DNA of 64,000 nt from Monocercomonoides exilis PA203 (taxonomy: Eukaryota; Protista; Preaxostyla). A program made the translations under genes and the position numbers. Positions 37,801 through 50,569 of this stretch are shown here, piece by piece. The DNA is taken from positions 682,001 to 746,000 of the forward strand of contig LSRY02000035.1 of assembly GCA_001643675.2 (NCBI GenBank), read 5' to 3'. The notes under the pieces were generated by a model. That model saw only the letters and a list, made by a program, of their open reading frames with translations. It did not search any database and was not told the DNA's origin. Positions within the stretch are counted from its first letter, which is position 1; the number at the start of each line of letters is the position of its first letter.

Positions 37801-40502
37801 AGAAGATGATGATGATGATGATGAAGAAGAAGAAGGTGATGACAATGATAATGATGATGGAGCAAAAGTTATGATGGGGTGATCAATCATGTCTGTTGTG
37901 TTTGAAGCAGCAGAAAGGATTGTATCTGATGGCTTTGAAGAAAGAACAGAGGAAGAAGAAGATGAAGAAGAATTGGTCGCTTCATTTGAAAGAGATAGAG
38001 ATGATGAAGGAATATCTGCTTCCATCGCAATAGATGAAGGAGAAATTGCATTGTCAGAAGAAGAAGAAGAAGAAGAAGAAGAAGAAGAAGAAGAAGGAAG
38101 AACATTTGGCACAGTTATTGTTTTATCTTCTTCTTCTTTTCCCAATTTTATTTGATTCTCTTCCTTTTTAACAGAAATATTGCTGTCCTCTTTCATCTCA
38201 CTTTTCATTTGTTCAGTCAATCCAGAGCTGATCAGCACATCTGGTTCCATTTTGACAGCTTCTGCTGACTCGTTCTCTGCTCTCTTGTCAGAAGAGAATG
38301 CGATCATTTGTGACGCTGTGGCTGAAGCAACTGCGGAATTATCTTCCAAAACAGAAGAAGAAGAAGAAGAAGTTGAAGCAAAAGACGAAGATGGAATAGT
38401 TTTCTTCAAAGAAGCCATTTTTTTCTGTCCTCTTCTTCCGCTTTTCTCCTTTTCTCTTTCCTTTTCCTGTTCCTTCATCTTTTCCCTCTCCATCTCCCTC
38501 GTTTTCTCTCTCATCCTCTCCCTCTCCTTCTCCATCTCCCTCTCCTTCCTCGCCTCCTCTCTGCTCTCCTGACTCGCCAGGTTCTGCACATACCTCTTCA
38601 GCACAGCAATCGCCTCATCGACTGTGATTATCCCCAGCAGAATGTGCGACAGAAGGCGCCAGGACTCCACATCAGGTGCAGCTGCTGTCCAGAAGAGAAT
38701 CAGCTGTAAAGGGAAATTCACTGAAAATGGATGGAAGGTGCATTGGTTGGTGGTTGTTGTGTGGATAGCGTGGTTATTGCTGATTGTGAATGGATGTGTG
38801 GATGTTTGTGATGTCGAATGATCCATTTCGAATGAAGATGCTGATGAAGTTTGAATTTCTCCTGTTTCTGGTATTTCTTTTATTTCGTATATGTCTTTTT
38901 CTTCTTCTTTTATTTCTTTTTCCTTTTTCTCTTGTGCTTCATCTGTCATTTGTTGGATCATTATTTCTTTGTTTGCTTTTTCATTTGTTTCTTCGTTCAC
39001 TTCTTTTCTATTATTAACATCATCCTCTTCATCATTGTGTATCAAACTATCTGTTTTGTCATCCTTTTCAAGTTCGTCGAATTTCATTGTTTCCTTTGTT
39101 TCTTCCATTTCTTCTTTCTTCTGTTGAACTTGTTCATTTACAGATGCTTCTATGTTGGATGAAGTATTCTCAATTTCCATTTTAATCGAAGGCTCGGTTG
39201 GATTTGTGGAAGCAGAGGAAGTTGAAGCGGGTAATAAAACGGAAGGTGTGGTTGATGCAATTGATGGAGATTCTGAAGAAGATTGTGTATTCATAACAGC
39301 ATCATTTGAGGAAGAAGTAGAAGAGGAAGAAGAAGAAGAAGAAGAAGAAGAAGAAGAAATATCATTCTCTTTGTTGCTTTCTTCATCTATTTCTTTGCAG
39401 ATGAACGTGTCTTTGCGCGGAAATCGCGACAAGCGAGGCACAAACATCAGCATATTCTGCCTCAAAAAAGGAGAAGTGAAAGAAGCTGGCATAAATCGGC
39501 GGTTGAACAAGGAGCACCCGTTTTTTGGTGACACATACAGATACGACGATGGGAAATTGGCAGAAAATGCTGTTTGTGCATTTCTGCTGAATGTATCTGA
39601 TGGATGGATTGAAGCAGTTGGAAGTGCTTTTGTTGGGTTTACTGGTTGCATAGATGATGAAGGAAATGTTGCTAAGACAGAAGAATCAGAGGAAGCCAGA
39701 GAAGTTGGTGCAGGCTTAGGAATTGCCAAAGAAGGAGATGAAAAAGATGATGATGATGTCGCAGGTTGGTGCTGAGATGTTGTGTGAATAGTTTTTTCTT
39801 TATTTTTCACTGTGTTAATAAGAGATGGAGAAACAAATGCAGGTAAAGGAACGTTTGACAAGGAAGGATAAGAAGAAAAATGAAAATTCGATAACGGCAT
39901 TGGGGCCATTGGCTTAAAGCGCACAGGCTCTTCATTTCCTTTTGATTTAATAGAAGGGTTGTAAAGCACATAATATCCAGAATCTAAAATATTTGATATG
40001 TCAAAAAAATGATGAAACAAATCAAAATAAATCGGAAACAATTCGACAAATTTTAAGGTTATTGTATCTTATATATATAAATGCATACCATTTAAACGAT
40101 ATAGCGGATGATATAATCCTTTGGCTTTACAAGCCAGGGATGTCAAACTGCAAGCTTCCAATTTATCATCAGTATTTCGTAGATTCGGATCTTTCGGTAA
40201 AAATAGATAAAAGTATAATGTCAATAAATTACTCTTGAACGCAAAAATTAAAGCAATGATTTGAGCAAACCCGAAATATCTTGATTATCATTATCTTTTT
40301 TGGTTGACAATAGCCTATCAAGCCTCTTGATTTGAATTGCTAAATACTGTTGGCGTATTAAAATCCTTTTAACGTACGATGGAAGAGAAGTGCAATCAAT
40401 CAGGTCCAAGGCACTTTTCGGTAATTCTATGACTTTTTGTGAATTTTCGGATTTCATTCGTTGTTTTGGCTTCTGATGGGAATCAGATAAATCATTTATC
40501 AT
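22840..40502 (-). CDS. Giant (~5,800 aa) Ser-rich, largely low-complexity protein with an AT-hook and a candidate PEHE domain; exons ~40502..40271, 40190..40089, 39983..22840
   Basis: 17-kb stop-free ORF. GT-AG introns 40191..40270 and 39984..40088 join upstream ORF 40248..40502 in frame. Motifs include KKRRGRPRK, LVTPSYRVI and EEDTDDAVYIERH. The true start is uncertain. Confidence 0.8.
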
Positions 40503-40747
40503 TCTATCAAAAGAATCTTAAAATGATCGGTCTTGAATATGATTACCCACAGTAGAAAAAAATCAAATGTTCCGCAATAAGATCTCTTCAAAAAATGAAA
40601 AATCCTAAATATTTGTCCTGGGATATGGACGCAAAAGTATTTAAGAAAGATATAATCAAACTGTTTTGCAGGTTGTTTTGCCTATTTCCCGAGTAAAAAA
40701 TAGATCTTTATGATCAGAAATAATTCGATCATTAACCATTTATCACA

Positions 40748-42785
40748 ATGTTCGAAGAAGAGGCGGAACTTTCTGCAGCGCTTTTTGGTGGCACTGCGGT
40801 GAAAAGAACAAAACAAACCAAATGGAATGAAAATGCCATGAAGGAAGATGAATATGAGTCAAATGATGAAGAGTGGAAACAAGAACTTCGAAGGAGATAC
40901 AGAGTTGATGCTCCAATTCCCAAAGATCCTGACGATACGATTTTGATAGATACAAAAAAAAATTTACGTACAAGAAAGCTTTCGTATGGCATGCGTGATA
41001 AAAAAGTGACGGTATCAATGTTTATTCAAAAGCTAAGAGAACAATTTCTTCGAATTCATGCTCTTCCTCGATGGGCCCTTCCTGATGAAGAAGGGCAAGA
41101 TAGCGATGAAGTTTCTCCTTTGACAGGTTTTTATTTTGATTGAAACTTTATGATTGTCTTTATTTGCCTGTTTATTTTTATTTTCATTTTTGATATAAAT
41201 TTTCAGATCTTCTTTCGTCTGCAGAGTCATTGGTATCAAAAACAACAACAGGATTCACAGGAAAATCTTCTGGAAAACCACTTCCAAGTGGATATATTAG
41301 TATTCGGGGTGTTCCTGATGCAAATCGGTCAAAACCATCTTCAGTTTGAATTGATTTAAAATGATCAATATTGATTTTGAATTTTTTTCATAGACTCGCA
41401 TCAACACTGTGCAATTTCATCCAAATGGACAGCTTTTTATTTGTGGTGGTGCGAATCAATCACTTGATCTGTTTCAGATCAATGGTCACGATAATCCTCA
41501 CTTCCACACTTTGCAATTCCGCTCATTTCCAGTCATGTCATCAGCATTCACGTCGGATGGAAAATACATTATCATTTCCTCAACTAAGCATCACTACTTT
41601 CTGCACGACATTGCGGCTCAGCAGACGCAGGCTGTATCTGATTGGGGAAGGATGATTCCAGAACTGTTTGCTGCTCTATTTTTTTATATAAAAATTATTT
41701 TATTATTTTTCTTATTTCAAAACAATCATCATCAATTAAATATTTTATCACCTGCAATGAATTGATTGATATTTCTATATCATCCTTTAGGAAAGGAATG
41801 GAGCCTCCTCCCTTGTCAACTCTGGTTGCACCAACTTTCATCTCGTCTTCTGAAAATCAACCCGTTTGATTTATTTTTGATGCTCAACTGAATGATTTTT
41901 AATTTTCTTTCTTTCTTTCTTTCTTTCTTTTCTCATGAACGACGATTCTTCATACCAACGCAATTATTATTTAAAAATAATTATTTTGAAATTTCTATTT
42001 CTTATTTTTCACTTCAGTTCTTCTTTTTCCTTGGTGATGGTGGGTATATTTATCTGATGTCCCAGCAGTCTCATCAGTGTGTGAATGCTGTGCGTGTCAA
42101 CGGCGATGTCTCCTGTGGCTGCTTCATCAACAGCCAGCAGATAGCACTTGGTGTGAATGAGGGAAGAGTGAATGTACTGGACATTCGAATGATGGGAGGA
42201 AAGAGAGGAAGTGGTAGCGGGGGAATAAACGACTCTTCGGTGAGGTGCTTCGACTCTGACTTGTTTGTTGATCAAGGTGGAATTGGCAATGCAGTGACAG
42301 CTATTGCCGCCTCACCTAATGGCAAATATCTGGCTACAGGTACTGAATCTGGGCATGTGGCACTGTATGACTGGGAGTCGAGGGTGAAAGAATATCATGA
42401 CGAATCTTCATTGTCATCATCATCATCTTCTTCTTCTTCTTCTTCTTCCCCTTCCTCTGCATTCTCCACCTCTCTCAAGCCAAAGGGACCACCAGTTGTC
42501 CACGAATTCGACAATCTCCGCACTTCTGTCACGCATCTGCTCTTCAACCACACTTCTGAGCTGCTTCTCTCAAACTCTGCCTCCAATGCCTCTACCTCAG
42601 CCACTGCACCGTTCCGTCTGTCGCACGTGGAGTCTGCCTCTGTCTTCTCCAACTGGCCGAAGCAGACCACGCCGTTCTCACTCTGCACAGCTGCTGCCTT
42701 CTCACCACACTCGGGATACATGGCAGTGGGCACGAAGAAGGGGAGGGTGCTGCTGTACAGACTGAATCACTTCAAGAACACATGA
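40748..42785 (+). CDS. UTP18: U3 snoRNA-associated WD40 protein UTP18; exons 40748..41126, 41207..41343, 41394..41665, 41791..41863, 42018..42785
   Basis: LPRWA, LPSGYISIRGVPDAN and VQFHPNG motifs, WD40 repeats and the characteristic C-terminus VFSNWPKQTTP...AFSPHSGYMAVGTKKGRVLLYRLNHF. Four GT-AG introns keep the frame. Confidence 0.9.
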
Positions 42786-43245
42786 GAGAGGAATATGCGT
42801 ATTTCTGTGAATGTGTGTGTGAATGTATATGATTGGGAAAGGATGTGAAAAAAGAATATTATTTGATTTTTCATATGTGAAACAGTAGATCTCTTTTGTG
42901 TTCTTGTACAGTTCAAAAGAATTCACTTCACAAAGCAAGGCATAAGGAGAATATTTGCTGTTTTATTCATATGAACATATACAAAAAAAAATAACGAAAA
43001 TTTTTAACATTTCAAACGCTGGATAATATTTCTTTAATTTAAAAAGAATGAAGATTGAAAAAAATTCAAAATAAAATGGCAATTTCGCTTTCAACAAAAA
43101 TCAGAATGTGGTGTGAAAGTTTATTCAATAAAAGCAAAAGATATAAAGAAATTAAAAGTGATTTGCAATGCATTGAAGAGAAAAATGAAATAATAATTGT
43201 TCTTTAAAAATAAATAAGATAAAATGAAAAATGAAAAGAAACTTT

Positions 43246-43917
43246 TCAATTCTTTCTTTTAGAAGCCTGCTTCTTCCTCTTTTTCTCTCTGTCTCTGAAA
43301 AACGCAAGCGTCTGCTGCAGAACAAGATCCTCTTCCCAGTCGTTGATGACAGCCTCCACTGCATTCTCCCAAATCTCCTTTTTCCAGCAGCCTTCTTCTT
43401 GTTTGCTTCCTTCACTGCTTTTAATGACTTGCTCTGTGTTTCGCTTGTTCTCTCTTTCAGGGCAGAGATACAGCACTTCCACTTGCCCCCAACCAGATTT
43501 GGGGTTCGATGAATTAGAAGGCGCAGACTCCGAAAGAGAAGATTGAGGAGGCGAAGAAAGAGATGAAGTGGACAAGGAGGAGGAGGATGTGGTGGTGGTG
43601 GTGTCAGAAGAAGAAGAAGAAGAAGAATTAGGTTGCGAAGAGGAAGGAGGCAATGATGTGGTTAGTGAAGATGAAGAAGTCGTTGGAGAAGGCGAAGGAG
43701 AAGGAAAAGAATAGTCATGTGCCTTTGATGAATTTTCGTGATGTGAAATATCATTCGTAATGATCTTGCTGCAATCAGAAAGAGAGCAGGTTTTCATTTC
43801 ATCAGTCAAAGATAAAGGTGAAGAGCCAAAAGACTGTGAAGTGGCTGAATAGAAAGGAATTGTTGGTGCAACTGGTGCTGCAATTAAAGAAGAAGAAGAA
43901 GAGGAAGAGGAAGAGGA

Positions 43918-43956
<39 letters not shown>

Positions 43957-45408
43957 TTGAAAGACGGCTTCTGAATCGTTAAGCAGGTGTTGTATATTAG
44001 TTGGAGAGGAAGGTGAATAACTTGAATATGTGGATGAATTTGAAGGAGGTGATGAAGAAGAGCATGGAGGAAGAGATGGCTGGTGCATTGAAAATTCTGG
44101 AAGACACGAAGAATTTTGTGTTTGAGTGGCAAACGTAATTTCTTGAGGAAAAGACGCAACAGCCGGCATCAACGCTTCTGCTGATGGAATAACTGTCTGA
44201 GGCAATGCTCCTTGAAACATAGGAAATGTTGATGAATCCAACATCTGATTTTGATGAGTTGAAAAAGTGTCTTTCGGCTTCATGGGATGGTTTTCGATGT
44301 GAAACTTTTCGTTTCGCTCCTGTAAACCCTGCTCGGTCATTTGAGGAAAAGAATCCCTTAAGTGCTCAGGTGCTGGTGCAGTTGAATCCAAAAGATTCAT
44401 GTTTCCTGAGTTTGCTTCATCTTTTCTTTCTTCAGATTCCATTTCTTCATCAATTCTCTCGTTCCATTTTCGAAATACAAAAATATTTTTGTCTATTTCT
44501 ATCATTTTCTTCTTCAAAACCAATTCTGCCATCCAACTTTCACGAAATTCGGCTGCAAACTTGAACTTTTCACTTGCTCTAAGTTTATAAACGTGAATGT
44601 TGTTCTCAATGTTTTCTAATTCTGAAGGATCATTCACTTCTCTCTTTTCTGCCAGATTAACGTCAATATTGTTATGTGCGCTATTATAGATATGCTTTCC
44701 TTCTTTTCCTGTGAAATAAATATCTTTTTTGTTAAAAGCTTGCTGGCTAATAGAAGAAGATGTGTAATTCTGTTGCAAAAAGCAAGGCTTTAAAGATGAA
44801 AATCCGTCATTTTCAGCAAGACAAATTATAGTAGATTTTATAATCTTTGCCAATTCAGATGCAATTAGTGATTCATTTATTGCGTTGTTCGATCTTGTCG
44901 TTTCAACAATAATTCTATGCAAGTTCAAATTGAAGGTATCGATGTTTATTGCTGCATTGAAAATATCAAAGGTATCATTTTCAGATGCCCCTTTGTCGTC
45001 AAAGTTTTTGACTGAAGAAACAAGTTCGTCGAAGCGCAAAAAATAAGTTGTATCCCTTAGAATTACGAAATGATTCTTATGCTCGGATAACTCCTCGAGA
45101 AGAAATATTTGATTGAACAAAAACTCTGGATTATCACGTTTTATCATTTGTCCAAGCACAGAAACGATAATTGTCGAATTATTTTGCACAGAATGAGAAA
45201 AATGTAAATTCACTTTAATTCCAATAAATATACTTAAATTTTTCACTATTTCTTCTCTTCCTTTATATTCATTATATTTGTCTTTTTGGTAAGTAATGCG
45301 CAAAGCATTTTTTGAATATAACTTACAAGCCAAAAATGGATTCATCTCTATCCTCGAATAATATTCCCCACAGAATCGTTCCCCAAATTTTTTAAATTGA
45401 GAATTCAT
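43246..45408 (-). CDS. NTF2-like domain protein, possibly G3BP/Bre5-like, with a possible divergent RRM and a Ser-rich tail
   Basis: The N-terminus FGERFCGEYY...LY...GREEI...IIVSVLGQM...FNQIFLL...FVILRD fits the NTF2 fold pattern. First ATG at 45408. Confidence 0.7.
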
Positions 45409-48324
45409 GTATCTCAGAAATGCATCCCAGACATACAATTATTCACATTCAAAGTGTAAAATATAAAAAAATACCCATATTATAATTTGAAAAGATTTTT
45501 AACTCTTTGAAAAAGAATGTTTCCTTTGATTAAAATGATTCAATAATGAATAAAATAAAAAAAAGTGTAACATATCGGATCCGACTTTTTTAATAAAAAA
45601 AGCAATTTTCAACAACTATTTTGCTTTATTTTCGTTCTTTCAACGATTATTTGTTGTTTAAAATGAGTGAAAAATGTGTTTGTGTTGTGTTATAAATAAT
45701 TATTTGAAAATTGAAAATTTTTATATTTACAGTGTAATTTGAAACAAAAGATCTATCACCAGCACAGAACTATCAATGTTTGTTTCACTGCTGGAATAAT
45801 TAGTGTCTATAACAATATCATCTTTATTAGCAACGTCTGATGTTATATCGTCAGTGTCATCTTCTTCTTGTATTTTCAAAGGCTCAAATTCAAAAAATCA
45901 TTCCAACTATTTGAGTTAAAATCTTCTTGAAATTCAATATTTGCAATAAAAGCAGACAAAAAATTGAAGAAGCAAACGTTGAAACACTGATTTTGGTAAG
46001 AATGTTCTCATATAGTGCCACAATCATTCGGTGAATCTTGAATAAGTCACAGTAATCATATCTTAAAAGATAATTATATGTGTTTTATTTTTGTTGTTAT
46101 AGCCAGAATCTGATAATGCTTTTTGGGAGACACACTCATTACTCATTATCGTTGACACTTTTTAAAATATGAGATTGAATAATCAGATGCAAATAATTTC
46201 TATTTCTTTATTTTTCAATCCATATCATTTTTTCTGAACTGTTCCATCTTGTTTCCTCTCAATGACTCCAAAAACCGATTGCTCTCGTTTGGAGCACCCT
46301 CTTGTGCACTTTCTCCATTATTAAATATTTTTTTCAATATTAAAAATGATTCCAAATCACTAAAAAAAATAATTGGATATTCAATCATAAAATTCGTTCA
46401 TTCAACACAACAAATACAACACAAAAATCCAACACTTCTGTATGATAAATCCAAAAGATTTTTGGCAGGACATTTGGAATCATAAAAAAGAAATTTGGAA
46501 TCAATAGCAAAACCATTTCTTTCACGATTTAATAATTCAGTGAAGCTCTGTAATAATCACATCAGTTGTGATAAAGATTGCGAATAATCACATTTTTTTG
46601 TGCATCAATGAATATCGCATTTTTTATGTGCAATTTCTATGGTTCTAATCACACTAAAATAACGAGTAATAAAAATTTTTTGAAAATTTTATGAATATTT
46701 TTCTGTCTATTTTGAAATAAATGATAAAATGAAAGTTGGTTTTTTCTGCTTTATGATTAACAAAATTTTTCATTTGTGTGGTTATTTTTGAAATCATATA
46801 TTTTTTCGGAGGATGCGTAATTTTCGAGTATTTAGTTATTCACGAAAGAATTTTCAAAGATGCGTTTTAAGCTTTCAAATTATAGTCTTTTGTATGCGTG
46901 AAATCACAGAAGGACAAAAAAGTGCATTTCTGTTTTTAACAAAAGCAATTGACTGATTTCTTAGAATTTGCGACAAATTTTTCATTCGAAAATATAGACT
47001 GAAAAGATATAAAATCAAAAAGAATTACACATTTATCCAAAGAAATTTGAAAAATCGATAAAATGAGTGTATTTTTATAAATATGGGTAATTATTTTTGA
47101 AAACATATTTTATCATTCAAAAATTTCGGATAGAAAATTTTACTTGAATGTTGACAAATGAATACTGAAAAGAGAAAAGATTTATCAAAAAACAGAAATA
47201 TCTATATTATCGCTAAAACATTTGTCATTGAAACAGTTGAAACGCGTAAAGCATTCGGATTCAAAATCTCTAACCAATGAAAGGCAGTCTTTGAAAAATA
47301 AACACTCCGAAAAAAGTTATAACTTCAAAAATAATCACACATATTGAAAATTTTCTTTATTATCTTCGATAAAAATTCAGAAACACTTTTTAATGAAAAA
47401 GATGGTTCTGTCATAATCACAAAAAATTGAGCAAAATGGATTGTGATTATAGCTGAGCTTGACTGTGTTTGAAAACTGATGATATAATCGAAAAATTTTT
47501 TGATTTGCTTTTTTTTATACTCAATATGACTCATTTCCACACTTTTTGATGCAATTCATAAAAACTCTGTCATTTTGGCAAAATGGCTTTTTTTCTCGAA
47601 AAATGTGTTCAAAAACTAATTCAAAGAATTATTATACGAGAAAAATTGAAATTGAAGCTCATTAACCGACATTGTTAATGATCATGGATTTCGATCACAA
47701 CGTAAACAATGATCAAAACCGATTATTTTAAAGAATATATATTTGTTGTTCAATTTGAAAAATAAAAAAATGAAACACATAAAAAAAGTATCATATTAAC
47801 ATTTTCATCAAAAGAAAGTTTTCAAGTCACTTTTATTGAGAATATTCTGTGCTAGATTTGTTGCATTTTCCATCAGATAAACTCAATCAAAGCTAGTCAT
47901 AACGAATATTAAATCACTTTTATCGGAGCAGCAATGTTTTGAATTTTATTTCGTATTCAAACATAAAAGATTTTTCTTTTCTGATGACACAAAAAAAACT
48001 CATAACAAGTCTGACTTTCTGGTTTGAGCTTCATCGAACCTGGTGAAATGATTATAAAAAATATTGAGTGATAACTTATTAAGAAAATTAATATTTTCGC
48101 AGAAAAATTTAACGCTTTTAGTGAAATAGATGTTATTTTGAATAAGAACGAGCAACAATAAATTAGTCCATTTGTTTTGGAAAAATGCACATTTTTCGAA
48201 CAATAGCTACAATAATTCTAAAAAGTTATGCACATTAATCGAGAGTGTCCGTTTTTTGTCGGTTTGTTTTCATATTGAAAAATAAAGAAGAAATGAATCT
48301 TATCCCACACATTTTCCCTTTTTC

Positions 48325-48860
48325 ATGGGTCGTTCTTTTAGAAAAGTTGCAAATGTTTTATATTTGAGGAAAATAAAAAGGTTTATTGTTTGATCATTTT
48401 ATGCAGTGTGTTCATCAAACTTCTTTGTAATGAACATACTCTTTCAACAAATAAATTCGAATTTCTTTCGTTTGTAAAACAATGAAATTTGATGAATACA
48501 TGGGGGAAAATACAGACTTTCAAGCTTTTTATGCACAAAGCAAGAAAAAATTGTTTCGCTCATAACTTTGTTTCGCTCTCTCAGATTTCAAAATAAATTA
48601 GATTTTCATTACTGTAAACAAACATTATTGATGCAATAACAAAATGTTTTGTGACCTCTCATGTATTAAAAAAAAAAAAAAAACCTATTTATTACAAATT
48701 TTTTTATCACAAAAAGTTCATCTCATGTGCATAATTTATCAATGAAAATGCCTAAAGTCTAATATTTTACCCACATTGTAAAAAAAATAATTAAATAATT
48801 GCCATTTTCATCAAACCCAGATGTTAAACATTTGCAATTTTTCAAAATGAATAACCCAAA
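48325..48860. repeat. Degenerate inverted repeat with a central poly-A (old MITE-like remnant)
   Basis: aaaagttgcaaatgttttatatttg (~48341) matches the reverse complement of cagatgttaaacatttgcaatttt (~48818). tacatgggggaaaatacagactt (~48497) matches the reverse complement of aaagtctaatattttacccacattgta (~48755). Confidence 0.55.
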
Positions 48861-49187
48861 TCTTTCAAAATATCACATTCGAACTCTGCCAAAAACTATT
48901 TTCAATCTGTTTCTCAATTTTCGAATGCATTTAAGTTGATTGTAGTTCAAAAGAATCCTTCTTTTCTATCTTATTCACAAAAAAATAATGTTGAAATGAA
49001 AAATCTTTTCTTAAAATTTTCAGATCTTTAAAAAAAAAAATAAGTGATGACGAATTTGATTCAGCATTTCAAAAAATATATATGGGATAGTGTTCAACAC
49101 TTCGAGCTTTTTTATTTTTAAAATTTAAAACTCCATATGAAACTTTTTGTGATCATAATACATTGAAAAAATGTGTATTTTTCCAAA

Positions 49188-49913
49188 TTGATGCACCAAA
49201 AATTATTCAAAGTCGAAAAACTTTCAAACAAAATCAAAAATTATTATTCAAAGTCGAAAAAGATGCAAACAAAATCGAAAAACTTTCAAGCGAAGTCGAA
49301 AGTTCGAAAAACTTTAATTCTTCAAAAAGATGACAAAAATCAACAAAAGTCAAAAAAAACATTGTGATTGTTAAAATATCGATGATATTTGTTACTTTAA
49401 TGATTTTTCATCTTTTTTCCGATATTTTTCTTTGCTTTCTCTTGATCAATTACAAATTTAAAATTATAAGAGAAATTCTGACATACTTTTATTTCATTTC
49501 AATTGAAAACACTCTTCTTCACAGAAAATTTACTATAGAAAATTTTTATTTTTTTCCTATTTTATGAAGAATGAAGAATACATTATTGACTCTCTTATTT
49601 ATTGTTTTTTCATCACAAACAACTCATTTCTTATCGAAGGAAACAAATGCTTGAAGTTTTGTTTTGAGTTTATTTAGGAGTTTATTTGGTTCTAAATCTT
49701 CAAAATTTGCAGAAATCAACAACACGAACATTGCAGATAATATTTCCAAAAACAAAAGAATATTATTATCTTTTGTGGAATTCTTTTTATTAAACGTTTA
49801 TTGTTTGTGTAATTTTCGATATCGATTGAAAGTTTTTCGATTTCGTTTGCAACTTTTTCGACTTTTAATGAAAGTTTTCCGACTTTGAATAATTTTTGGT
49901 GTATCATGCATCA
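49188..49913. repeat. Inverted repeat (~120-bp arms built of ~19-bp subrepeats AAAGTCGAAAAACTTTCA), foldback/MITE-like remnant
   Basis: Arm 49188..49312 matches the reverse complement of 49807..49913. The ORF track mirrors this (HQKLFKV.KLS on both strands). Confidence 0.7.
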
Positions 49914-50569
49914 AAATATCATGAAAAGATATCAATGATTCAAGTTCACAGATATGAGAATCCTTTTTTTTGAAATTGTCGAATGATTTGCAGCAGACAT
50001 TTGGGTCATTCTTTTTGAAAAGTCGCAAACGTTTAATTGATCTGAAAATCAGATCGAAAATGATCAAAAAATTGTGATCATTCCGTTACCATCATATATT
50101 GCTTAAAATTATTCTATTGAGTTTTGTCAAACCTATCCCCAAATATTGCGTTTCAATAAAACAAATTTCATATTATTTTCACTGTAAAATCATATTAATG
50201 TTATAAAATATTATTTTTCTTGTTTTTTAAAGCAACTTCATAATTTGTTCATATTTCTTTGTTTTCATTTCAACTATTTGCATAAACGTTTTGATTTTTT
50301 GAATAGAGACTCCTTTTTAATTATTTTCCTATGTTAAAAAACAAATAGATTTTAACTTGCTTTAATTTGAGTATTACGAAAAGAAATTGTTAAACAGGAA
50401 ATTTTCATCAATACAGTCCTCATTGAAATTAAAAGAAATTCAAAAGGTTGTTTTCAAGGTGCAATCATCAATGTTATAATCACATAACGAAGAATAACAC
50501 ACAACTTCACATTTAAATTTACCTTTAACAAAATTTAAAAAGAAAATAGTTTCTCATATATTGAATCAA

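Noticed and set aside
22889-39775. Many overlapping poly-Glu/Lys/Leu/Arg ORFs in other frames and on the plus strand
   Set aside because: By-products of the TCT/TCC/TCA repeats of the giant minus-strand gene.
45770-47560. Possible decayed coding sequence in the AT-rich gap
   Set aside because: Only short broken frames with no recognisable motif; cannot be supported without a homology search.
49188-49312. Short repeated units that might suggest a CRISPR-like array
   Set aside because: The units are degenerate and nearly contiguous without unique spacers, the context is eukaryotic and there are no cas genes.
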